Shown: piece after piece, positions 20,595 to 28,102 of the stretch
How positions within the stretch are numbered: the first letter of the stretch is position 1
Layout: the number at the start of each line of letters is the position of its first letter
From: an uncultured bacterium
GTDB taxonomy: Bacteria; Zhuqueibacterota; QNDG01; DTFT01
Length of the DNA stretch: 64,000 bases
Reading direction: 5' to 3'
NCBI GenBank assembly: GCA_963736115.1
Contig: CAVTNR010000014.1
Coordinates: forward strand, 160,001-224,000
Position numbers and translations under genes: made by a program
The notes under the pieces: model-generated
The model's input: only the letters and a program-made list of their open reading frames with translations
Databases searched by the model: none
Told to the model about the DNA's origin: nothing

Positions 20595-20700
20595 GTTCAT
20601 AGTTGATAGTTCATGGTTCATAGTTCAAAGAAAAAGAGGCAGCTGAGTCGATTACATGTTTTCTTTTTCAACTATGAACTATGAACAATGAACCATGAAC
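20595..20700. repeat. inverted heptamer array element 3
   Basis: GTTCATA GTTGATA GTTCATG GTTCATA GTTCAAA (20595-20629) and TATGAAC TATGAAC AATGAAC CATGAAC (20673-20700); the inner GAAAAAGA/TCTTTTTC segments are complementary. Confidence 0.9.
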
Positions 20701-20706
20701 TGACTT

Positions 20707-22350
20707 TCAGTCTTTGATATACAGAAACCGTTTGACTTTGTTCGTCGGCGTGAGCTCGAACGGCTCGGCCTGGCGGATCATGCGGTGAATCGCCGAGAAA
20801 GAGGGGAGTTCCCGGTTAAGGCTGGTCCGGATCTCCTCCAGCAGGGCCTCGACCGCCGCGTCCGCGGCCGGCTGCGGCTTCTTGGACACCTGGTGCTCCG
20901 CCTCGAGCGTTTCCGGATCGAGGAAGGCCTTGCACAGCAGGCGTCCCTGTTTCTGGTACACGACCGCCTGCTGGACAACCGGGTGTTTCTCCAACAGCCG
21001 GCTTTCGATGATTTCCGGATAGATGTTCTCCCCGTTGGGCCCGATCAGGACGTTCTTCGAGCGTCCCTTGATGAACAGGTACCCGTCCGCGTCAAAGAAT
21101 CCGAGATCCCCGGTCCGCAGCCATCCGTCCGGCAGGAGCACTTCGGCCGTGGCTTTCGGATTGTTGTAGTATCCCTTCATGACGATGGGGCCCCGGACCT
21201 GTATTTCACCGACGCCCGTGGCCGTGTCCGGTTCGTGTATGCGCATTTCGATTCCCGGAATCGGCTGTCCGCACGAGAGGACACGGACCTTTCCGAAGGG
21301 ATTGATGGTCATGATGGGGGAGGTTTCGGTCATGCCGTAACCGGTCGAGTACTCGATTCCCGCGTCGCGCATGAAGATTTCGACGTCCCGGTTCAAGGCC
21401 GCGCCGCCGAACATGAAGAACCGGAGATTGCCACCGAGAGTGCGGATGAGTTTGCGTCCGGCCACCGCGTGCAGGCGGACACGGAAGAACGGGATTTTCA
21501 TCAGACCGCGCGTGACCGCATTGCCGTGGAGTTTCGGCAGGATCCGTTTCCGGTAGATTTTATCCATCACCAGCGGGACGGTCAGGACACCCGTGGGTTT
21601 CGCCGTTTCCATCGACTGCAGCAGCTTCTGCGGCGTGGGCAGACCCTGCATGTACTGGATGAAGACGCCCATGGTCAGGGGACAGAGCATTCCACCGGTG
21701 GCCTCGAATGTGTGCGAGAGCGGGAGTATGGACAGGAACCGGTCTTCCGAGGTCAGCGGAAATTTCTCGAGCGCGTGAATGACATCGTAAACGATGTTCT
21801 CGTGGGTGAGCATCACGCCCTTGGAATGACCCGTGGTGCCGGACGTGTAGATGATGACCGCGAGATCCGAGGGTTCCGGGGATTTGCGGCCGGTTTCGGG
21901 CCGGGCGGCCCGGTCCGCGCCGTCCGCCTTCCAGGCCGGGGCGAAGTCCTCCAGCTCCCAGACGATACGGAGATTTCCCGCGGCCTGCAGCCGGGGCGTG
22001 TATTTCGCGGCGGCGAATGCGGCCACGGCGCCCGAGTCGACGACGATGTGCCGCACGTTCTCCTCCGAGAAACCCGGCAGGACGGGCACGGCCACCGCGC
22101 CTGAAAAAGTCACGGCCAGATAGGCGATCACCCAGTTCGGGCTGTTGTCGCTCAGAATCACGACGCGGTCGCCGGCCGCGATGCCGTTCCGCGCCAGATC
22201 CGCGGCGCGTTCGCCCACCGCCCGCTTCAGACCGGCGTATGTCAGCGGCGTTTCCCCGGCGTAAGCGACCGAGGGAAGGGAAGCGTACTGATCGAATGCC
22301 TGCTCCAGCAGGGCCTCGATGGTGAGTTTTTTAAGCTGAATCATGTCCAC
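20707..22350 (-). CDS. long-chain acyl-CoA synthetase (AMP-binding)
   Basis: IIYTSGTTGHSKGVML, LPLSHTFE, GYGMTETSP, GWLRTGDLG, GRSKN...GENIYPE. Confidence 0.95.
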   Translation of the reverse strand: MDMIQLKKLTIEALLEQAFDQYASLPSVAYAGETPLTYAGLKRAVGERAADLARNGIAAGDRVVILSDNSPNWVIAYLAVTFSGAVAVPVLPGFSEENVRHIVVDSGAVAAFAAAKYTPRLQAAGNLRIVWELEDFAPAWKADGADRAARPETGRKSPEPSDLAVIIYTSGTTGHSKGVMLTHENIVYDVIHALEKFPLTSEDRFLSILPLSHTFEATGGMLCPLTMGVFIQYMQGLPTPQKLLQSMETAKPTGVLTVPLVMDKIYRKRILPKLHGNAVTRGLMKIPFFRVRLHAVAGRKLIRTLGGNLRFFMFGGAALNRDVEIFMRDAGIEYSTGYGMTETSPIMTINPFGKVRVLSCGQPIPGIEMRIHEPDTATGVGEIQVRGPIVMKGYYNNPKATAEVLLPDGWLRTGDLGFFDADGYLFIKGRSKNVLIGPNGENIYPEIIESRLLEKHPVVQQAVVYQKQGRLLCKAFLDPETLEAEHQVSKKPQPAADAAVEALLEEIRTSLNRELPSFSAIHRMIRQAEPFELTPTNKVKRFLYIKD

Positions 22351-22427
22351 TCCGCGGTTGGAATGATCGGTGACTCCCGGCGCGCCGGGATGGAAACGCA
22401 GGACCGCTTCTCAGGCCGACGGCCGGC

Positions 22428-23819
22428 TCAGTTCAGCAGGGAATTGTAAGTCGTGTCGTGGATTTCGTTCAGAACCGTCGAGTGAACCAGGCGGTAATCG
22501 CCGTATCCAGATTCATCCACGAAAATGAATTCGGATCCGCCTTCGACCCGGTCAAACCGCCAGATCTCGTAATTGCGTCCGGTATCGTTCATGGTACTCC
22601 GCCGGACGTCATCCGGTTCGCCGTACACCATGAGAACCCGTCCGCGGTCGGTTTTCCATCCCTCTTTCATGGCGCCGGAGAACCGCGCATCCGCCTGCCG
22701 GACCCTTTCGTAGAAGACATCCTTGTAGGAGGCGCCGCCGCCGGTCCATCCTGCGTTTCTTGCGATCCAGAAATCCCGCAGGAAACGGCGTTTGCCCTCC
22801 AGATTCAGCTTTTTGTAGATTTTCGATTCGTTGCGGCCGATCATGTACTTGAGGTATGCGAAATGGACGTCCGCGGTTGCTTCGTCCATGACGAGGAACT
22901 CGGATCCCGTGGGATCGGCCCCTCCGCGTCCTTCATCCGGCCGGGCCGCCATGTCCTGGGCGCGGTAGACGAAGAAAGTTTTCTCCTGGGATACCGTATC
23001 CAGCCTCGCGTTGTCCGAAACTTCTACACGCAGGCGGTACGAACCTGTGAGAAGGGATCCCGCCTGCAGGCCGCCGACGTCCACCAGTGAGGCGCCGGCC
23101 CGGATCATCCGGCGCGGAGAAGCCGGAACGGCCGTGCGGCCCTGTGAATCAATGACTGAAACGTTCACCGAGACGGTGGAATCCGTTCCGGCCGAGAGCG
23201 GGGAGAGTCCGTACATTTCGAAATAGTGGTAGCACACCGGCATCGAGACGCCGTAAACGCCGCTCGGATTGGGCAGGACCCGGTAGCCGTTTTTGGTGAA
23301 TCGGCTCTCCGTGGTGTCCCGCGCGATGAGAGTGGCCAATTGAATGTCGCTCAGGGACAGCCGTTCTTCCGGCCGGGCGCCGCAGGTCAGATTGAATTCC
23401 CGCGTTTTGGCTTTCAAACCCGCCGGATCCGAAACCGATGCGCGGATCCGGTAGACTCCCGGCTTCAGATAGATTTCGTGGACATCCTGGAGCATCTGGC
23501 CCTGCTGGATCGAAGCCGTTGATTCCGCCTGGTCCTGCCGTTCCCAAGTGCGTGAGAGGATCACGGAATCCGAAGACAGCACTTTCAGATCGAAACGGAT
23601 GACCGCCCGGACTTTTCCGTCCGACGATTCATAGCGGAGGGCGTCGCGCGGCACGCCGAAATAGAGCTCCACGCACTCGAAATCCCCTTCCGCGTCGAAG
23701 CGGGCGTAATCCATGTAGCAGTCCATGGTCCCGGCGCCGGGGGCCTGGCCGAAGGCCGGCGGCCGGGCCGCGGCGGCCATCAGGAAGGCCGTGAAGAGAC
23801 TTTTTCCGAAAAAAGACAT
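22428..23819 (-). CDS. GWxTD domain-containing exported protein
   Basis: GAGGAGG SD, signal peptide, Ig-like N-terminal part, FW...R...ADARF...GWKTDRGRVLMVYGEPD motif. Confidence 0.92.
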   Translation of the reverse strand: MSFFGKSLFTAFLMAAAARPPAFGQAPGAGTMDCYMDYARFDAEGDFECVELYFGVPRDALRYESSDGKVRAVIRFDLKVLSSDSVILSRTWERQDQAESTASIQQGQMLQDVHEIYLKPGVYRIRASVSDPAGLKAKTREFNLTCGARPEERLSLSDIQLATLIARDTTESRFTKNGYRVLPNPSGVYGVSMPVCYHYFEMYGLSPLSAGTDSTVSVNVSVIDSQGRTAVPASPRRMIRAGASLVDVGGLQAGSLLTGSYRLRVEVSDNARLDTVSQEKTFFVYRAQDMAARPDEGRGGADPTGSEFLVMDEATADVHFAYLKYMIGRNESKIYKKLNLEGKRRFLRDFWIARNAGWTGGGASYKDVFYERVRQADARFSGAMKEGWKTDRGRVLMVYGEPDDVRRSTMNDTGRNYEIWRFDRVEGGSEFIFVDESGYGDYRLVHSTVLNEIHDTTYNSLLN

Positions 23820-23896
23820 GCATCCTCCTCAGTTCATTTTTACCGGTCCGCGCCGCGGGAACGGACTCCGAAAACGGAGCCGTCCGTAAGGAACCG

Positions 23897-24186
23897 GATT
23901 GAAGCTCCCCGCGTCGCGGGAAATGCACTCGCTGTCAGATTGAAGCTCCCCGCCGCCCGCTGCGCGGGATCAAGCCATTATATGCCTTCTTGTTGAAGAC
24001 AAGCGGCGGGGAATCTTCTATCTGTAGAGAAGAGACATCTGATATTCGCTCGCTTACCCCGCGGCCCGCTGCGCGGGATCAAGTTATTGTATTTGTGAAT
24101 TATTGAAGACAAGCCGCGGGCCTTCAATGAGAAAGAATCCGGTTGCTTGGTCCGGCGAAGCCGGGAAATGCGCTCGCTGTCAGATT
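23897..24186. mobile_element. non-autonomous hairpin-ended element (MITE/PATE-like): minimal copy (23897-23941) plus full copy with three nested mini-elements
   Basis: GATTGAAGCTCCCCGC left end, two CCCCGCSGC..AAGCSGCGGG hairpins, central GAATCTTC...ATATTCGCTCGCTTA, right end AATGCGCTCGCTGTCAGATT. Homologous to 38725-38983. Confidence 0.7.
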
Positions 24187-25274
24187 CATTTTCGTATCCG
24201 GAACGTCACCCAGTCCCCGTCCCGGACGGTGTAATCCCGGCCGTGGATCTGCGCGAGTCCCAGGTCATGTAGCTCCTTCAGTGTCCGGTGCGCCTCAAGG
24301 GCGGAGAAGGGGATCACCTCCGCCTTGATGAATGCCCGCTCGAAATCCGTGTGAACCCGTCCCGCGGCCTCTACGACCGGCGTGCCCGCAGGCACGGTCC
24401 AGGCACGCGCTTCGTTCTCATTGGCCGTGAAGAAAGTGATCAGCCGGAGCACGGCGGTTCCGGCCTGGATCAGCATCTGCACGCCATTCTCCCGGATGCC
24501 CATGGTCTTCAGAAATACAGCCTGCTCCCCGTCCGGCAATTCGGCGATTTCGGACTGTATCTTCGCGGAAAAGGGGAGACAGAGGCTGTTCCGCGAGGCC
24601 GCGAATGCGGCCAATCGTTCCTGCCAGGCCGATCCGGCCGACCCGGTTTCCCCGATGTTGGCCAGGTAGATGACGGGCTTGAAGGACAGGAGGTTCAACT
24701 CGCGGATCGCTTCCTGTTCCGCGTCTCCCAGACCGTCGCGGCCCGGAGGACGACGGCTGATCCGGGTCGTCAGGGATTCATAGGACGCGAGCCTGCGCGC
24801 CAGTTCCGCGTTTCCGCTTCTCGCCGCGGCTCGCACCTTGGCCGCGTTGCGTTCCAGCACGTCCATGTCCTTGAGCGCCAGTTCGGTTTCGACGATTTCC
24901 GCGTCCCGCTCCGGGTCCGGCGAGCCGTACGGGTGGGAAACGTTGGCGTCCTCGAAGCACCGCACCACGTGCGCGATGGCATCCACGGCCTGGATATGGG
25001 AGAGAAACTGGTTGCCCAGGCCTTCGCCCTTGCTGGCCCCTTCGACCAGACCCGCGATATCGACGAATTCCAGAATCGTCGGAGTTTTCTTCAAGGATCC
25101 GGCCACTTCCCGGATGCGGTCCAGGCGGCCGTCCTCCAGCGGTACGATTCCGAAATGAGGGTCTATGGTGCAGAACGGATAGGCGGAGGCTTCGACGCCG
25201 AGGCGTGTCAGGGCGTTGAAAACGGTCGATTTACCGGCATTCGGAAGCCCGACCAGGCCGCATTTAAAGCCCAT
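24186..25274 (-). CDS. ychF: redox-regulated ATPase YchF
   Basis: GLVGLPNAGKST, YPFCTIDP, DIAGLVEGASKGEGLGNQFL, ITFFT, AAGRVHTDFERAFIKAE. Confidence 0.97.
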   Translation of the reverse strand: MGFKCGLVGLPNAGKSTVFNALTRLGVEASAYPFCTIDPHFGIVPLEDGRLDRIREVAGSLKKTPTILEFVDIAGLVEGASKGEGLGNQFLSHIQAVDAIAHVVRCFEDANVSHPYGSPDPERDAEIVETELALKDMDVLERNAAKVRAAARSGNAELARRLASYESLTTRISRRPPGRDGLGDAEQEAIRELNLLSFKPVIYLANIGETGSAGSAWQERLAAFAASRNSLCLPFSAKIQSEIAELPDGEQAVFLKTMGIRENGVQMLIQAGTAVLRLITFFTANENEARAWTVPAGTPVVEAAGRVHTDFERAFIKAEVIPFSALEAHRTLKELHDLGLAQIHGRDYTVRDGDWVTFRIRK

Positions 25275-25309
25275 GCAATGACCCTTCGGGTGACTGTTTT
25301 ATATTCTTG

Positions 25310-25338
25310 AATTTAGGGCGTTTGGCTTTGAATGTCAA
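25310..25338 (-). promoter_or_regulatory. sigma70-type promoter of ychF
   Basis: Minus strand TTGACA (25338-25333), 17 nt, TAAATT (25315-25310). Confidence 0.6.
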
Positions 25339-25518
25339 GTATTATCGGGACGGTACGCCGGTGTTTTTCTCATATTCCTCATTGAAATGGTGTAGAATCT
25401 TTTTATATTTACCGGACGCTGAAACCGATGCAAACCGTTCTCTATATATAGCAACCTTTCAAGTCTTCATAACGGGAGACACATCCTGATAAACCCTCCA
25501 CGTTCCGGCGGAAAACGG

Positions 25519-26589
25519 ATTAAAATCACGTCCATCGTCGGCGCGCGGCCGCAGTTCATCAAGGCGGCCCCGCTCAGCCGCGCCCTGCGCGCCGAGGCGG
25601 ACGAAATCCTGATTCATACGGGACAGCATTATGACGACAATATGTCCCGGACTTTTTTTGACGAGCTGGACATCCCCCGGCCGGACCATCATCTCGGCGT
25701 GGGCTCCGGTTCCCACGGTCTTCAGACCGGGCTGATGCTGGAACGCATTGAGACGATTTTGCTGAACGAAAAGCCCGATGCGGTGCTGGTGTACGGGGAT
25801 ACCAATTCCACTCTGGCCGGAGCCATGGTCGCAGCCAAGCTCCTCATCCCGCTCGCGCATGTGGAGGCCGGCCTCCGGAGCTTCAACCGCGCCATGCCCG
25901 AGGAAATCAACCGGATCGTGGCGGATCACTGCGCCGATCTGCTTTTCTGCCCCACGCAGACCGCCGTGGAGAATCTGAAACGCGAGGGCGTGCACCGGGG
26001 CGTCCACCTGACCGGAGATGTCATGTTCGACGCCGCCCTGCGATTCGCCGGTCTCGCCGAAACGCGATCCCGCGTGCTGGAAACGCTTTCGCTCCGGAAG
26101 GGCGGATATGTGCTGTGCACCGTTCACCGGGCGGAGAATACGGACGACCGGTCCCGTCTCGGCGGCATCGTGCAGGCCCTCCGGCGCTGCGGCCGGACCG
26201 TGGTTTTTCCCCTGCATCCCAGAACCCGTAAAATGCTCGAGGCCTGGGGACTGGACGCGGATCTGTCCGCGTCTTCCTCCGTCCGGCTGATCGAGCCCGT
26301 CGGGTATCTCGACATGATCCGGCTGGAGCGGAATGCTTCGGCGATTCTGACGGATTCCGGAGGCGTCCAGAAGGAGGCCTATTTTTACCGGGTTCCGTGC
26401 GTCACCCTGCGGAACGAAACGGAATGGGTGGAGACGGTGCAGGACGGGTGGAACCGCCTCGCGGGTTCGGATCCGGAAGCGATTCTGCAGGCTCTCGAAA
26501 ATCGCGATGTGCCGGCGGGAGCGGCCGTGTCTTTCGGAGACGGACGGGCGGCGGAAGTCATCGTCCGGCTAATCCATGAAAATTTTTAA
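25519..26589 (+). CDS. wecB: UDP-N-acetylglucosamine 2-epimerase (non-hydrolysing); non-canonical start
   Basis: In-frame IKITSIVGARPQFIK...IHTGQHYD upstream of the listed ATG 25642; GDTNSTLAGA, HVEAGLRS, PEEINR, TDSGGVQKEA, TEWVET. Confidence 0.95.
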   Translation: MKITSIVGARPQFIKAAPLSRALRAEADEILIHTGQHYDDNMSRTFFDELDIPRPDHHLGVGSGSHGLQTGLMLERIETILLNEKPDAVLVYGDTNSTLAGAMVAAKLLIPLAHVEAGLRSFNRAMPEEINRIVADHCADLLFCPTQTAVENLKREGVHRGVHLTGDVMFDAALRFAGLAETRSRVLETLSLRKGGYVLCTVHRAENTDDRSRLGGIVQALRRCGRTVVFPLHPRTRKMLEAWGLDADLSASSSVRLIEPVGYLDMIRLERNASAILTDSGGVQKEAYFYRVPCVTLRNETEWVETVQDGWNRLAGSDPEAILQALENRDVPAGAAVSFGDGRAAEVIVRLIHENF

Positions 26590-26605
26590 ATACTAATTTT
26601 TTCGC

Positions 26606-26634
26606 TTGACTAAACAATCGGGAACCCTTATATT
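26606..26634 (+). promoter_or_regulatory. sigma70-type promoter of the ArsR gene
   Basis: TTGACT (26606-26611), 17 nt, TATATT (26629-26634). Confidence 0.6.
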
Positions 26635-26687
26635 GTCCACGGCTAAAAAATGAATTGGGCGATGCCTGAAACAACTAAGGAGGAAAC

Positions 26688-26984
26688 ATGGTCGACCCTC
26701 AGGTTAAAAATAAGATAAAGGAATGCGAAAAGGTCATTCCTTTCCTGCGGATGGTCTCCAACACAACCCGTCTGAAGATTCTGTGCATTTTGACGGAAGG
26801 GGAACGCAGAGTGGGTGAAATCCAGGAAATGCTCGGCGCCAAGCAGTCCTACATCTCCCAGCAGCTGAAATTCCTCAAATCCAACGGTTATCTGACGAAC
26901 CGTCGTGAAGGAACCCAGATTTATTACAAGCTGGTGGATCCTAAATTCATCCGTATCATGAAATCGTTCAGGGAAATCCTGTAA
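26688..26984 (+). CDS. ArsR/SmtB family transcriptional regulator
   Basis: TAAGGAGG SD; SNTTRLKILCIL.EGERRVGEI...QSYISQQL..L...G....RREG.QIYY. Confidence 0.93.
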   Translation: MVDPQVKNKIKECEKVIPFLRMVSNTTRLKILCILTEGERRVGEIQEMLGAKQSYISQQLKFLKSNGYLTNRREGTQIYYKLVDPKFIRIMKSFREIL

Positions 26985-27007
26985 ACCGGTATTTCGTGAA
27001 TCTGCCC

Positions 27008-27043
27008 GCCCGTCCCCCCATCAACGAGGGACGGGCTTTTTTT
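27008..27043 (+). terminator. rho-independent terminator after the ArsR gene
   Basis: GCCCGTCCC/GGGACGGGC stem followed by T7. Confidence 0.85.
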
Positions 27044-27194
27044 ATGCGGTTGCACGTTCCGAGAATTCGTTTGCTGTGCAATCATTTGATGTGGTTCAGA
27101 ATCAGCCAGTCGAGAGACAGCCGGCCGGTTCAGCTGTCCGATGAATCGGTATAATCGTTTGAAATTAAGATGATTATATGACTGGACGGCTCAG

Positions 27195-27284
27195 AGGCAC
27201 GACAATTGCAGAAAACGAATCGAATCATTCGGATTTGATAAGATTAAAATATTTCTTGACAAAGATGTAAATTTTTATTAAAGT
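27195..27284 (+). promoter_or_regulatory. tandem putative sigma54 and sigma70 promoters of the CsgG/adhesin cluster
   Basis: AGGCACGACAATTGCA (27195-27210; GG-N10-GC) and TTGACA (27256-27261), 17 nt, TAAAGT (27279-27284). Confidence 0.6.
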
Positions 27285-27337
27285 ATAGCTAACTCAATTG
27301 GTTTCAGATGGTTGACTATTTTTGGAGCCGGAATCCA

Positions 27338-28015
27338 ATGCGAGTTGTCCGTTTTTTCCTTCTTCTTGCGCCTTTTATCACGTTCCACGCCCAGGCTTCG
27401 GAACCCATCCGAACGCTTGCCGTACTGGATTTTGAAAACAACAGCTTTTTCAATGCGGATGAGGTTCAGCCCCTGTCCAAAGGGCTCGGCCAGATGATGG
27501 CCACTGAGCTCAGCCGCTGTCCTTCGGTCCGGATTGTGGAGCGGCGAAAACTCCAGCGCCTGGTGGACGAGTTGAAACTGGCCCAGGCGGGCGTCACGGA
27601 CGAGGAAAACGCCGTCCAGGTCGGCCGGATGGCCGGCGCACAGAACCTGGTATTCGGCGGTTATCTGGTCATGCCGGACGGCAAGATGCGGATGGATATG
27701 CGCATCGTTGAAGTGGAGACCGGGCTCACCCTGCAGGCAGGGGAGGTGACCGGCCGGACCCGGGACGCACTTTCCCTCGTGCGCAAGCTGAGCCGCAAGG
27801 TGCTCAAGGATCTCGAACTCCGGCTGACGGCGCCGGATGACCGGCCGCCCGGAAACGTCAGTCTCGAAGCGCTCACCCAGTTTTCCAAGGGGGTCGAATT
27901 TGAAGATCAGGGCGATGCGGACCGCGCCGCGGAATGCTTTCGGAAAGCCCTGGTCCTGGAGCCCGATTTCGGGCCTGCGAAGGACCGGCTCAGCCGTCTT
28001 TCGAAAAAAAGATAA
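27338..28015 (+). CDS. exported CsgG/HfaB (TolB-N)-like domain protein with C-terminal TPR
   Basis: Signal MRVVRFFLLLAPFITFHAQA (alternative start 27308); TLAVLDFENNS...IVERRKLQRLVDELKL...AVQVGRMAGA...GGY...RMDMRIVEVETG; TPR (A.ECFRKALVLEPDF). Confidence 0.85.
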   Translation: MRVVRFFLLLAPFITFHAQASEPIRTLAVLDFENNSFFNADEVQPLSKGLGQMMATELSRCPSVRIVERRKLQRLVDELKLAQAGVTDEENAVQVGRMAGAQNLVFGGYLVMPDGKMRMDMRIVEVETGLTLQAGEVTGRTRDALSLVRKLSRKVLKDLELRLTAPDDRPPGNVSLEALTQFSKGVEFEDQGDADRAAECFRKALVLEPDFGPAKDRLSRLSKKR

Positions 28016-28102
28016 GGCATTCGTTTAAGACAAACCTCACTTTTCTCCCTCTCGGGTTTCGCCGCGTGCCTCAGGGGGAATCACAGGAGCTTAGGAGGCC
28101 CT

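Noticed and set aside
20583-20621. MNHELSTMNSREP extension of the peptidase, and small ORFs at 19375/19391
   Set aside because: These are translations of the heptamer arrays rather than real coding sequence.
23957-24164. CRISPR-like or guide array reading of the conserved-end / 17-19-nt variable-middle units
   Set aside because: The middles are pairwise homologous between the two loci (e.g. ATGCCTTCTTG vs ATGTCTTCTGG), orientation is mixed, spacing is irregular, and no cas genes are nearby.
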